A DNA stretch of 64,000 nucleotides from Fimbriosthenelais zetlandica (taxonomy: Eukaryota): assembly GCA_977030845.1 (NCBI GenBank), contig OZ365118.1, positions 14,694,001-14,758,000 of the forward strand, read 5' to 3'. The translations under genes and the position numbers were made by a program. The notes under the pieces are model-generated. The model saw nothing but the letters and a program-made list of their open reading frames with translations. It was not told the origin of the DNA and did no database searches. Every line of letters starts with the position of its first letter. Position 1 is the first letter of the stretch. Shown one piece after another: positions 38,601 to 54,700 of this stretch.

Positions 38601-41600
38601 AGTGGTAAAGAATATATCATTGAATGTTAAGTGTGTACGTCTAGATAATTGTTGTTCTTGTGTCGTAACGTTTTGTCTTTTCGCACTAATTGCGCACTTA
38701 ATTTCACCTATATTAACATCACTAGGGCTTGGTCTACTCTAGCCTTCTTTAGTTCTTTACTCTCTGGTTTTTTTTTAAATTTATTTTTGTTGGGACTTGA
38801 GCCATGATTGGAGAGCGTTTGGGACAAGGAACCTCCTTTCGGAGTGAAATATGTCTTGTGAAGTTTTTTTTGGCTTGCACTGATATATTTTGTGAGAAGA
38901 TATATTTTGTGGGGCGATATATTTTGTGTGCAGATATGTGACGGTGGCTGGTTTTTGGTTTTATTTCGTTTCTCGAGATCGTAAGATCGAGCAAAACAAG
39001 AAATATTCCAGTCCAGTTGATGAGGTGTGGAAAATGACATAGCCTGTAGACTAATGCATTAATTATAACATGTTATCGGAACGTCAGTTTTTATGCTTTA
39101 GTATATTTTTTTTTAACCTAGGGATAGGTTACTTCTTATGAGGAAATTTGAGGGCTTCAGTTGACAAATACGAGGCATTGCATTGGACATTGACATTGCT
39201 TTTGATGTCAGGCAAGGCTTTGGGATAACATGACAGTGATACTAACGGTGATATCAAAGGCCAGTCATGTATCCCACCGTCTATGGTGAGAGCCTAATGA
39301 AAGTAGATCATTGTTTGCCGACAGCGTATTTCCTGAGATACCGAAGAAATGGACCTTTAACTCTACGTTGAACAATATTTAAAAAAAGGCTTTGGGTATT
39401 GAGGTAAATAGATATTCGGCCCATTTCACAACCAACACTCATCTTTGCCAACTCAATCGAGTAGAGTTGGTTGTGGAATGGTCTGTATAAGGAGCCACTC
39501 CATGGCTTAGGTTATTATGTTTATATCGAGCAGTTTGTGAGGATGACGAGGAGGAGGAGGCGGAGGAATCTGTCGTCAAATCACGCTCCAGCTCCAACAG
39601 TAGCAGTGACGGTGGTATGGGCAGTGATGACGTGTCTCCCTCCCCGGCCTGGGACACACCATTCCTCGCTACCTCCTACCTCCCCGACGGTACTACATAC
39701 AAGGCCCAACCCTCATCACGACTTACCAACCCTCATTACATGCTCCCAGTCCACCCATTGCACAACCAGAATTAATTTAATCCTAAATATAAGCTCCAAA
39801 TCCACCCATTGCGCAACCATCATTATTTTGCCCTAAATATAAGCTCCAAGTCCACCCATTTTGCAACCGTCTTTAATTTAACCCTAAAGACAAGCTCCCA
39901 GTCGACCCATTGCGCAACCATAATTAATTTAACTCGAAAATAAAAACGTCCGATCCACCCATTGTGCCACCATCATTAATTTAACCCTATATACAAGCTT
40001 AACAGTCATTTAACTCTAAATTCAGCAACCCTGTCGACCCATTGCACAAGTTGTCACAATGAGTTTTCAGCTTTTTATCCTGAGCTTTCCCACACTCTGT
40101 GATGAGGGTTGTAGCCTGATTTCTACTAACTTGGTGATGGAATAAGAAGACGGCTTTTTGATGAACTGATTCTAGAAATTACTCAGACTGTCTAAGGAAG
40201 GATGAAACCCGTTTCACACCTCCAACCTCACTCCCAATCCTCTTGATGTCTGAAATGATGTTCTTTTCCTTTCTTTAGGTTTTGGTCTTCTAAATCCTAT
40301 ATTTTTTCAAGCCAAGTGTCACTTCCTCTCCTGCATTTCTTTCCCAAAGCTAGCCCTGCTTCTTCTCCCCTTGGCATAGCTTACTGTATCTTGCTATATA
40401 TGTGTAGGCTACAGAAAAAAAACATTTTTACAGATCAACTCATTTTGAATTAACTATTTAGCAATAGACCATAATAATTGTCTTAGACCTTATTTGGACT
40501 TTGGTTGTGTAACTTATAATTCTATTAATCATTATTTGCATGTTTAAAAGATCCTCACATAGTTCTTTCCATATTAAACCTGTAGTTTAATATCAGACTT
40601 TCTGGTGTGACTGTTATCATGGTACCGGTATCCCCAATGCTCTGGCTATCTGTGTTTGCCTAACTGGTGTTGGTTATATGAATGTCCATACATTTTACAT
40701 TGAGTTGGATTTTAATGAAAAAAAATGTTTTATTTAGGAGACCTGACTGAGCTCTCCCTTCAAACCCAGCTCTTTGCGGCCAAGCATTCTAAGCCTATGG
40801 CCGGAGGTTTGTCTACTGGAGGTCACGGCTCATCGCCAGACCCTCTCAGCCCATCCTCCCGATCCTCAAGCTACTCTAGTGTCGTCTCCAACGGCAGCAA
40901 TGATAACTCAATGAAGAACAAGTATCAAGGCATGCCCACCGACCCCCAGAAGAAAGGCTATGATGATCTGAAGCACCCTGGAGCTATAGGCACGAGGGCT
41001 TTGTCTCCCAAGCCTCTCATACCTCCTGCAGCCAGCCAGCTGAACCAACCTCCAACCGGTATGCACAAGAACCCCTGGGCTGTCGCTCCCGGAAACCCAA
41101 CATCGTCCGCTGATGCCCTTGGGTAGGCCACTCTTAAATTTATATTTGTGAGATAAAGAAATAATTCAATGTAATAGCCATGTTTGTACTGAAAATATAT
41201 TACAAATTTTAAACCTTTCCTATTGAATACATGTCACCACTGCCTATGGCGGCAGTACTGGACCTTGCCTTTTGTATTTACTGGGAGAGGACTGTTTTAA
41301 ATATTTGTATATTTTATACACCAGGAGCCTGTCTTCAGTGCCTAGTTATGGCCTGCATACTATCAGAGAAGGCCCTTCTGTCATTGGAGCACCTCACGAT
41401 GATAACTTTCCCAAGAACACTCCGTTTGACGATGGTACGTCTAATCCTATCCTCACGCATTTAATTTTTTTCGGAAATTAAGTTGAAATTTCAATATACA
41501 TTGTAATATCCAATTTACTTACTTAGGCGAGGAATATAGCCTTGCTTAGCCTTGCTTATTAAAACGCCATTCATTCATTCATTCATTCATTCATTCATTC

Positions 41601-42591
41601 ATTCATTCATTCATTCATTCATTCTTAAGTAGGCCTAGTTGAAACTTAGCTGTATAACCCTCATTGAATATACCATCATTGAAAGGAGCTTGAAATCGTT
41701 GGTATAATATATATAAATATTCCAAACATATTTTAAAACTAACTTTCAGGTCTGGGTGGACAGCCTAACTTCATGATGGGAGCTGGTAACACCTTTGAGC
41801 AACCCGTCACGATGATGCAACGTCTACGTCTGGAGCGCCGTAAGCGACTGTTGGACTACCAGCAGCGTCTGGTGCACGCCGAGGACTGGCCGGGATTCAA
41901 CCTCCCTCCACAGCACCAGAGTCTGTGGGATAACATTGCCACTGAACACTGGGCTCCTGGGGCTGGACTGGCTGGCAGCACTCTACCCCCACAACATCAG
42001 GTAGGCCCACAGTCACTTCCTTATCTTTAATAACAATTAGTTTAAATTAATACCAGGGTACTATACTAAATACATAGAACCGACCGAGGTTTGGGACGTG
42101 GGGCCATATCAACACCGCACTCTGAAGCCAATATTAGACTCTTATATTAAGGCTACGGGAGATCAGTACCAAGGATATAATAACAGTATAGTAGAAGTCC
42201 TTACGTAATAATGTTATGCAATAGAATAGATAGTTATATAATATGGACACCCATGACTTAGTCTTACATAATAATGTGATGTCACCTGTTGCAGGTATCG
42301 GCTGGCATGTGGGAGTCGGCACTGGGACCATCAACTAGTGGTGCCACTGGTTGGACTAACGATGTCTCTAGCATCTGGTCCTCCAGTACCACCACCCCTC
42401 CCTCAGACTCCATGCTCAGCTCTGAACCCACCACCCTGCCACCAACCGACCAGCCTCCAGCCACCGGCTCCAATGTGGGAAGCTTCGACCCCTTCAACAC
42501 CCTCGGCAATGCCCTCGGCAGCATCTGGCGCCCTAGCTCCAACAGTGGTACCAATACCTGGGGCTTCTCCAAACCAGATGATATAGACTAA
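20679..42591 (+). CDS. TMEM131: Transmembrane protein 131, about 1998 aa, 35 exons: 20679-20796, 20965-21029, 22406-22434, 26414-26482, 26762-26885, 27162-27275, 28360-28482, 28636-28716, 28923-29057, 29300-29434, 29700-29808, 30159-30418, 30558-30728, 31067-31177, 31358-31480, 31598-31702, 31925-32011, 32299-32457, 32586-32661, 32822-32939, 33178-33313, 33820-33929, 34063-34141, 34375-34547, 34786-34925, 35265-35460, 35771-36900, 37280-37434, 37665-37858, 38254-38426, 39534-39689, 40738-41122, 41325-41434, 41750-42000, 42295-42591
   Basis: The spliced translation matches TMEM131 motifs: [120 protein letters not shown] and LPRPPWE followed by a TM helix. Phases are consistent and the total of 5997 nt is divisible by 3. 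Exons in the low-complexity C-terminal region are less certain. Confidence 0.95.
26590..26712. repeat. (TC)n-rich low-complexity tract
   Basis: Imperfect tctctc/tctgtc runs in a TMEM131 intron. Confidence 0.7.
29089..29116 (+). mobile_element. Solo TIR fragment of the TA-flanked MITE family
   Basis: TACCGTATTTGCCGGA is identical to the left TIR at 55494. Confidence 0.55.
29405..29624 (+). repeat. 36-bp minisatellite x6 containing the TMEM131 exon 10 end and its splice donor
   Basis: The unit aactcaggcaatagagccattcattta(a/t)atgtgagt starts at 29405, 29441, 29477, 29513, 29549 and 29585. Confidence 0.95.
30890..31050. repeat. Degenerate repeat of about 9-10 bp (tgtaatgggt)
   Basis: Many gtaatggg/aatgggtt copies in TMEM131 intron 13. 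Confidence 0.7.
32101..32305 (+). repeat. Minisatellite of about 34 bp containing copies of the TMEM131 exon 18 acceptor (TTTCAG|TCTAAGC)
   Basis: AG-bearing copies end at 32143, 32177, 32208 and 32261. The conserved acceptor ends at 32298. Confidence 0.85.
39745..40050. repeat. Minisatellite of about 51 bp, x5-6 (ccacccattgcgcaaccat...aatttaaccctaaatataagct)
   Basis: Directly visible decaying copies in TMEM131 intron 31. Confidence 0.85.
41568..41624. repeat. (CATT)n microsatellite, about 14 units
   Basis: Perfect tetranucleotide run. A degenerate CATT/CACT tract also lies at about 28255-28345. Confidence 0.95.
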
Positions 42592-43594
42592 ATATTAAAC
42601 TGGGCCCCCAGCTCCACCAACACCACCATGTGGGGTAAATGGTGCACGTGTGCACCATTTACCCCATGATGTTCACCACCACCACCGCTCTATATACCTA
42701 TGTCCTCTAGGCCAATGCTTTATTCTTGATGGGGACTTCTTCTCCAAGAGGTCCCCCCTTTAAGATCAAGTGAGTTTGGTCAATAATGAATTTAAAATAT
42801 CCAAAGCCCTGGTTCATAATATGAGAAGGTTTTAGCGATTCATCTCTCTTCTCTGCGTGGAATGGATTTAGTTATGTTAACCTGTTGTCCTGGAGTGGCT
42901 TCTAACGTGAGCAGGTTCTGGTTATCTTTGGTTGAGGTCCGCTTGTAGAGGACTTGAATGTGTTGTTGATCCATATTTTATCAGGCATTTAAGGCTTGAG
43001 CTGGTTTTAATGTCTTTAGCTTAAGTCATATAGAAAGTCCTTCATTCATCGCCATGGTTTCTGATTCACTTTCCAGCTTTTGACCTTGCGTCAGAACTTT
43101 TGCTTAGATGTATAATATATTTGTATTGCTGATAAGTTGGAGAAAGTTCCCTCTTAAGCTTCTACTGCTCATCTTTACTGAGACGAGCTGCTTTTATTGG
43201 GAAAGTTCCAAACATTTATTTTTTCAATTCATTAATCTAGGAAAATAGAAACTCTTTCTTTGAATTTACTTTCAAGTTTATGAAAAAAATCAGTCTTGAA
43301 AAAAGCAGCTGGACATAGTGTCAGCGCAATTTAATTTTTGGGCATTTATATTGCCGGGAGACAAAGTACTTAGCATTTCTGCTCTTTACAAGTTTTTTTT
43401 TACGGAAAATTCATCTGAAATTGGGTGGATGGTAGATGGAAGGGTTGGTAATCGGCCTACTTTTGTCATCCACTCCCTTCTCTTTGTTTTGTGATAAGGC
43501 TGTGATGGTCTGTGCTAGAACAAGTTTTATTTTTCTAATAATGTAGATAGAGTTAGTGTAGGTATACAAATTGTTTTACTCGTTTGTCAGGACT

Positions 43595-43800
43595 GGGATT
43601 TGACAGAGTTTGAAACCAGATTTGACAGGGTGTGAAACTGGATTTGCCAGAATTTGGAACCCTGATTTTCCAGGTTTTGAAACCTTATTTGACAGGGTTT
43701 GAAACTGGATTTGCCAGGAATTGGCATCCTGATTTGCCAGGTTTTGAAACCTTATTTGAGCGGATTTGACAGGGTTTCAAACCGGATTTGGAGCCAGTTT
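43595..43800. repeat. Minisatellite of about 22 bp (gatttgacagggtttgaaac) with an internal higher-order unit of about 66 bp
   Basis: About 8-9 units. The block tggatttgccag...gaaaccttatttga occurs twice. Confidence 0.8.
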
Positions 43801-44744
43801 TCCTAGAGTTGTATTTTATATTGCCCTTGATGTATAGAACCAGTATTGGAGGGCTGTGTAGTAGACCCTTGGACCAGGGCTGAAGGAGGTGAGTGGTAGG
43901 ATGATAAGTTTAATTGTTGGTGGTGTTCTGGTGTGTGGTACCTTGCCTGGGCACTTTGTCCATATCAACAAGTAATGACTGACTATTTAATTAGATTATT
44001 AATATTCTAACCACCTGATCATCACCCCTGAATTCCCAAACTTGAACAAATCTGTAAAGTAGGTTCTTAGACAAGAAATTCATCGGGATATAAATATTTC
44101 ATCTTATTAGTTAAAATTATGGGTGATATGGAGTCAGAAGATATTTACTTAAAATGTCCAATGCACAAATGTACATCTATATAATTATGTCAGTGTATTG
44201 TAACTTGATATTGACAATGTGCCTCTGAAAATGATGACGGTGTAATTGATTGACAAAATGGATTACTGAATACATATAACGGAATACGGAACGGCTAACC
44301 AAAATGACTATTCTTGTTTCTAGGAACATTTGTGTTTCTATGGAAACTGGACAATTGTATATCATTACCCGATTGTGACATTTTGTTGAGATCCGCGCAT
44401 GGCAGAGGGTGAATTTTGGAAGATTATGCAATATTATAAACCTGAATTAACGGAAATTTCCAAGAATGGTTCATGGAATTTCAGGTATCTTTGAACATGT
44501 GGATCCGCATACGGATCCGAAATTGTGCAAGAATTTTGCATTTTCATCCCCCTCTGCCAATGTGTGTTGAGCTCCAAATTCCTGATAAGAGAAATAGGTA
44601 TGTTATGAAATGCCTGTTATTAACAGATATGTCATTGACAGCCCTGACATTAACAGGCTAGTTCTAACGCTTTCCTTTCTCACTGAGAGTATTTAACCTG
44701 ACAAGATCAGGTCCATCTTGATGCGATGAGTAACCTTACTCTTG

Positions 44745-45020
44745 TCTGATAACATTCAGAAGTGACTGATATCATTCAGAAGTTTGTGAATGTCATCATT
44801 CACAAAGTAATTATAGCATTCAGAAACTACTGATAACATTCTCAAGTCACTGTTAACGAAACAAGTCATTGAAGGTGTTTAGAAGTGACTGATATCATTC
44901 AGGAGTTAGACACTGATAGCATTCGCAACTGACTGATAACATTTCAGAAGTGACTGATAACATTACGAAGTGACTGATAACATTTCAGAAGTGACTGATA
45001 ACATTAAGAAGTGACTGGAA
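44745..45020. repeat. Minisatellite of about 20-22 bp (ctgataacattcagaagtga)
   Basis: About 10 decaying copies between the convergent 3' ends of TMEM131 and ZNF330. Confidence 0.8.
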
Positions 45021-46003
45021 ACATGAGAAATCGAGCTACTCCACCCTTCTGTATCATATAGGAGTTGGGGTGACTCTTTAACCATGGAATCCTATGGCGT
45101 GTGGCTATTTTTAAGAATTTGTAACACATTCTTGTGACGTTGGTTACTTAGACAGTTTATGCATTATTAAAAGGCGTTCATGCACAAGCCATGACCTGCC
45201 CCCTGTTGGTGCATACTTGCATTAAATCTACCTAGAAGTTGTAGTCGACACCTGCCCATCCATAACGGTTGCAACTTTGGCAACGCAGTTGTGTATGGTG
45301 CAAGATTCCCCCCCACTGCTAACTTATTCTGAACCCAGTGTGGTAAACTCTTCCCCCATCCCCCCCCCCCCCCCCCGACTTGCAGGTACGGGCTTGGAAA
45401 TAAGACTCGTACTGAGAACATATTTATTGTTATAATTATTATTATCATAATTGTATGAAAATGATTGGCGGTTTGGTCGTCCTTCGGGGACCTCCTCTCT
45501 GGCCAATCAGGGCTCAGGCCATGACTGAATAAACAAGGACTTTCTGCTGCAGAAATACACAAGTGGCGTTGATTTTAATGTTAATTTTTCATATTTATTT
45601 ACATTTCCAGAGCTTCGATTGCAAAGGCCAAGCATGTCTCCGATTGCCTATGGTGAGAGACGTAAACGAGCCAATGCTGCCGTTGAAGATTGTGCGCCGA
45701 TACCGTGTTTCCCTGCCTTCTCCCCTCCCACAAACACAAAACCTAAGAAAAAATCTCTGATGATTTTTATATTTATTTTAACAATGCAATATTCTCAGAA
45801 TGAGGAAGTAATTCCACCGTAAATACATGCCATTGAACATATATACATTTCCAGTTGAAATGTCCAAACCCAACTCTTAGTGTTAAACAAATCTAAAATT
45901 CCATTTTATAACTGACTAACACCTATATTGACATTTTCTATTCAGAAAATCTACATAAAGGCAGGTATAAGATAATTGTAGCCTAGGGAGAGAGAAGGTA
46001 CTG

Positions 46004-48475
<2,472 letters not shown>

Positions 48476-48707
48476 GATAGAAGCTTGAAATTCCCTAAAA
48501 CTCTTGCTATTTTCACTACCTCCGCCTTCCCTGCTCTTTTTCAGTGGCCATGTGCCGGAAATCACGGCCATTTCCGCTCATGCGCAGAAGCCAACTTCCG
48601 TTGGCCGCCATCTTGGAGTAGGAGTGTAAATATGTCAGGTCGCGGATAAATCTGAACCTAAAATTCAACCACATTTCACCGATATTTCTTATAGTTACAC
48701 ACTCGGA
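48476..48707. promoter_or_regulatory. Bidirectional promoter between ZNF330 and Graf
   Basis: The start codons are 232 nt apart, head-to-head. The island is CpG-rich, with ETS-like CCGGAAAT (48555) and ACTTCCG (48594), NRF1-like CATGCGCA (48579) and YY1-like GCCGCCATCTTG (48604-48615). Confidence 0.75.
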
Positions 48708-51700
48708 ATGGGGTTACAACCGTTGGAATTTAGCGAGTGTCTTCGCGACAGCCCGTATTTCAGGGAAACGCTGCACGCACACGAAAAAGAGCTGGAAAGG
48801 ACGAGCAAAGCGATCAAGGGTTTGATCAACGAATGCAAGGAACTGATACTTGCGGCGAAAAGTAAGTGTAGAACCTGCATAAAAACCGCCGACTCGGGTC
48901 AGTCTCGGTGCTTTTCTAAACCCTAAAGTATTAAGGTAATCAGTATAAACCTGATCTTTGTATTTGATATGGTTTAACTGCGAAAATTAGTTATTTTTGT
49001 TATGTGTGTGTGGTGCCAAAATTGATCCAGACGAGAGACGGTGACAGTTGACCGACACTGACTGACGCATTGGTAGGCCAACTCCAGTCCATTGGCATTG
49101 AACCCTTAGTCTTACCACTCTCACATCATTAACATGTTACGATGGTTTGGGTTCTCTGCCCCTTGGAATAAAGTTCCATGTTCCCCAAACTTAGTTCATC
49201 TCCCTTGTTCGTGTGGAAATGGACAGTCCAGAACTGTTCAGCTCAGTCACGGTTAGAAGTGTTCAAGTGGGCGTTGCCCATTTTTATGCTGCCCAGCCTC
49301 AGGTCATCAGGGGGTTTCTGCATGTCTGATTTTCATTGTTTGTTGGCATTATGATTATTATGCTAGTGGTTATCACAAGTATTTTCCCATAAATAGAACT
49401 TTATTATATAGTATTGGCCTTATTCTGCTATGTTTGTGCTATACGAGTGGACTTAAAAAACCTTCGAACTTCTTCATAGTTCCCACTCAATATACTATAG
49501 CCTAGGCATGAGCTGATGAGGTGAAACGATTCAATAGTACACATCCCTGCACCTCTCCCACCTGTACTTCGCTCGTTCTCCTCTCGCACTCTATTAAGTT
49601 TAGAGTCTGTCCAAACTCAGTTGGACAGGGGTCGAATAATAATGTCATAATTGTAGGGTGAATTTAAAATTACCACTTTAAAACCTTTCTTTTATTTATG
49701 CTCCAGCTCGTAATTAAAATATATGGTTGCAATCCTTACTTGCCTCCAAAATCCTCAGTCTAGAATTTATCCCCTTTAAGCATTAGCGTGTATCCCAATT
49801 GGAAGTAACACTAACAGCGTAAAGACTGCATTTCCCTGCCTTTGTCAAATTAGCTCGGAGGGAGGTGGATAGGAAACGCTAAGGTAACCTATTGTTAACA
49901 GAACCCCAGTGGTGGTAAGGATCTTATTGTGCGATTGTTTTAAATCTTTTGTATTCAGTGTCAATGGGAGACATCTGTTAACCCCACCCAGTCCCTCCTC
50001 CTGCCTTCTCAAGACATTGCATTGTTTAGGCTACATTCTCACTCTCCACCAGTGGTTCTTTAGTTTTACCAAGGATACTCTATTTACAACTCTACTATCC
50101 TTGGTTTTACTGCCTTATGGGTGAACCTAAAGTTTGGATCTTTAATCTACTTATATTCATTAAAATTTATTTAGTTGTTTGGGGATGAATGTAAAAATGA
50201 GGTCTTTTATAACTCAGTTTTATAGGATTTTTTAAATTTAAGATTTAAATTTTTAATTTAATTTTAAATAAACTCTACATAGCGGAAAAAAGTGTACGGG
50301 GCAGGACATAGTGATCATTTCATATTGATCATTTTGATTACCACATTGTGGTAATTCTGCAAGTGCAACTAAGTTCAGATAATCCTTAAAGCTATTGGCT
50401 TTTGCTTATTTAGAGTAAATCTATTACTTATCCATAACATTACACTTTATCACTTGTATGATGTCAGAGCGTGTCAATGAGTGTCTGCCGCCTCAGGCTC
50501 AAATATTATAAATCCTAAATCTTCAATATAATACAGAACTATCAAAACTCGTGTATATTTTACAAAATTTTAACTTTCATTATTCAATAGTTGTCATTTA
50601 AGGTACTTAGGGGTCCTAGTCAGTGGGATGAGAAGTTTTACTTTCACCGTGTGTTTTTCTCCCGTTTTGGAGGATATAAAGGAAGCTATAGGTGTCTGGA
50701 GTGTGGTAGTTTGGTCTCGGATTACATGATTCACTGCGACTGTCCTATATAATACTATCCATACCGTCATCATAAGGTCTGTCTGGTCACCACACACCAC
50801 TTTCTAATTCTTCTCTCTATAAGCTAGTTTCTGTATGTGCAATCCCTTAGGGGAAAGAGGGCCGTGTTCTAATGGTCAAAACATCATAAATGCTTAGGTC
50901 ATTCTTTTGGTATTTATTAGGTGGCCTATTTTTGTGTTAAAATGGATGTATAAATAGCAATGATTCTGAATATATCATAGAGGCAAATGGGGATCAGATA
51001 AATATAGAAAATTTAATTAATTTCTATATAATATTTATAAACATATACATGTATAGGTAAATATAAAATAATTTAAATTCGATTTTTTATTATAAAAAAA
51101 TATATAAGACGCTGGGACAAGGGGTTCATGGGGACAAGTCTTTTGAGGAAATTATAAAAATAAAAAAATCAACTTTCAAAAGGTGAGAAAATTGGATATT
51201 TATGATTTAGCTTCAAATCAATTTGAATGGTTTGGATAAAAATGTCATGAGCTTTCCATAGGAAATATTTTTGGCCCCTATTTCATTGTCTGTACAAGTG
51301 GGTTACATGGTGGCGAAAGCAAAATATAGATGTGGATCTATGTCTAAGGTCGCCTGGGAATTAACGGTGGGAGAAAGCGTGGGAATAGCGATGTGTCATA
51401 TCTAGGCCCCTAGCTCTCTCATCCAGTCCTGGTGTGAAATTGCCTGCTCATTTAATTGTTAAAACCTGTTTCAGTTTCTGGAATCTCGACATTTTTACTT
51501 GGTAACTGCTCTGTTTTGTGGAATGATGATGGACTATTTGTACAAGTGAATCTATAGATTTCTGACTCACTGAGTTATCAGATGATATTGTGTTCATATT
51601 TATAATATTGGAAGTAAATTCCGAAAGCAATGTCCCTTCCGTGTATTTAATGCACGTGTGTTATCATATCACAAGTCTAGCTTACCTAATCAGAACCAGA

Positions 51701-54700
51701 ATACATGTATAAAAACCTGGTATTCTCACTCCAAAATAAATAGTTCATAATTCAAATTATTACAGGAGCCCAATTTCACCTGAAATATATAATTTACTGC
51801 CAAATTCCCCAAAGGAATTTCCTGAAAGAAGCAGCTCCCCCTTAGGATTCTTATTTTTTAAACCCAGATAAAAAAGTAAAAATGGAATCTTGAATATAAA
51901 TTGCCAGATTCCATTCCCTTGGCTGTCATATTTCAGTAGGAATAGCCTGTAAATAGTCCCTTGGTGGACTTTCTGCGTCTTGGAGGCAGGCGTTGTGGTT
52001 TATGAGATGTACAGCATTGAATGTTTACCCTGCTGCCGGGGGTAGAGAGACTGGGTCAGACGGGGATATGTGTCATTGTGAACCCCGCCCACACGTGGCG
52101 TATGGGCCTCTAGCTTTACTACAGGCTCAGGCCAAACAAAATAATACCTTTGTTTGGGGTTTCCCGACCGACCGACATAAAAGACCCCATAAAATTGCCG
52201 ATATTGGCAATTATCAAAATTAAACAAACGTCTAAAGTTCCGACTGTACTCTGAATAATTGTAATCTCTGCTTTCCTTAAATGTTATGTGAATCCGACTT
52301 ATTCCATTTCCTTATGTTCTAGGTTTGTCCAAGGCCCAGCGGAATTTCTCTAACACGCTGATCCACTTCAAGTTTGAGACCATCGGCTGCGAGCTGACAG
52401 ATGATGAAATCGTTATCTGTAAGTCGATAGATTTATCCACATATATTTGAGATTAGATTGGAATAATATATATATTCAGATTAGATAATACATATACGCA
52501 AATATTCTAAACTCTAATTGATGGGAATTTCAATCATTTATGCCAATTATGATTTTTCTTTACCTTACTATAGCGGAGTCACTCAAGGAGTTTGGGAAGC
52601 TCATATCCAGCATAGAAGATGAGCGGGATCGCATGGTTGGTGGACAATTGCCAAAATCTTAAATAATATTTCTTAAAACTTGAATTCCAATTAAATATAC
52701 AGTGAAACCATCGTACAGTGGACACTTAAACTTAAAGGGACCTATCTATGAGTTAGTAGTATATCATGATAGATTACATAATATAGGTCATCTATAAATG
52801 GTAAATCAACTGAGAGTGTACTAAGCTAATATTTGTTTTCAGTTGGAGAGGGCGTATGACCAAATCATTCATCCACTGGAGACATTCCGCAAAGAGCAAA
52901 TAGGGGGCGCTAAGGTAAGTCTTGGACATATTCCTGTAAATCACTTATCGACTTCGAAGTTTTGAAGAAAAAAAGAATATTTACTGGGTAATTATTTCCA
53001 AAAAGCACGAGGAGAAAGAATGTAATTTGAAGTCATATGGTAAGATTTGTTTGACTAACTTATAAACTATTTAAAAAATCGTATTTTATTTAATTTTCCA
53101 GGAGGGGAAAAAGAAATTTGACAAACAGACAGCTAAGTTTTGTCAGTCGCTGGACCGTTATCTGAGTCTGAAGAATAAAGCTTCAGATGGCATGCTGCAA
53201 GAGGTGAGCCATCCTCCTCCAATTCCTCACCACAAATCATTTTTAAATGCTGATAAAGTACCATCCAAAATTATTTAAATCATATTTCTTACACTTATAC
53301 GACAACCTCAAGTATAAAATACATATCCGATATTATTTTTCAATTTAATTGAAACAAAGTCTTTTTAAAAGAATAGTTATGTTATATAACAGTGATTATA
53401 CTATTGTAAATATTTTTTTCAGGCGGACGCAGCTTTGGAGATGGAGGGCCGTCATTTCTACCAGGCCTCCATGCAGTATGTCCTATTACTTCAGGAAGTC
53501 CACGAGCGCAAGAAGTTTGAGTTTGTCGAAACCGTAAGTAAAATGCCTTACTAGCTAACTCCCCATTTCTGCCTAATCGTATTTACTTCATCGTATTTTA
53601 CTATAGTAACAATTCAATATATTTATTTGGTTCATTTTTTTTCAGTTGCTGGGATTCATGTATGGATGGCTGACGTTCTATCATCAAGGTAAATTAATTT
53701 ATACAAATACAATAAATATGGCAGTACCAAATCAACATGCACTAAAGAGTTTAATCTACACCTAATGCCCAATATGGCAATATCCAATATTTTTTTTGGC
53801 TTCAGTGCAAAATGATTCTGTAAAATTCAATGCAAAATAGAATTTATTAATTGAGTTTTGCATGGCATTGATGGCATTTATTGTAAATTTCTTGTATTAT
53901 GTTTACAGGTCATGAGGTAGCTACAGACATGCGGCCATACATGCAGGACCTACAGTCCAAGCTACAGAAGGTGATTGACAGACCCAAAACTTACACTTTT
54001 CTTGCTAAAATTCTAAAAAAAATGATTCGCAGAGCTCAGAAAGTGCTGGAATGTCATGGATATTCTAAAAACTATTTTCCACTTTAAAAAAAAACCCAAA
54101 ACAACCAAAAACTGTCAAAATATAATTCATTGTCATGCTTGCATAGGTCGAAAAAGTAACATCTATTAGAAATGTTGTCACTGATATTTTCTCTTCTCTA
54201 ATACTACAAACGCTATTATTTGAAGTCAATAGGAATTATTTTAATTCTCTTCTCTATTCCAGTGCCGGGAGAATTTTGCCACTGCACACGAGGAAGCTGA
54301 ACAGTTGATGAACAAAATGTTGGAGGTTCGTGGAACGGTAATTAACGCTTGCTTATTTCTAACCCTGCCTTACATCCACTCTTTATTCTGCTGCACTGAC
54401 CGGTAGTAAAACGTGCTTCTCAATCCTGGCTCCATTATAAGCCAGCCCGAGCCCACTAGAAATGTTGGTGAAACAAACCTCTGTTTGATTTAATTTCTGC
54501 ATGATTCTGATAAAAATGTGTGAATCAATTTATCCCGGTTTACCCACTCTCCACCATATCGGACGTGTGCGTTCCGAAATTTGAAGACAAAATGACTGAA
54601 AATGTTTCTTGACACTGTTCTTAAACCTCTTCTATATATGTATAAGTTCCCTTCTTATATCCTCACTTTTTTATTTATTTAAACAATTTTTTTTTGCCAG

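Noticed and set aside
50590-50750. Short Cys-containing frame ([20 protein letters not shown]) in Graf intron 1
   Set aside because: It is too short, matches no recognisable family, and its phase is incompatible with the host intron.
52125-52190. ggccaaac...gtttcccgaccgacc motif, with an inverse remnant at about 565-590
   Set aside because: Probably ends of an old DNA-transposon family, but too short and decayed to define boundaries.
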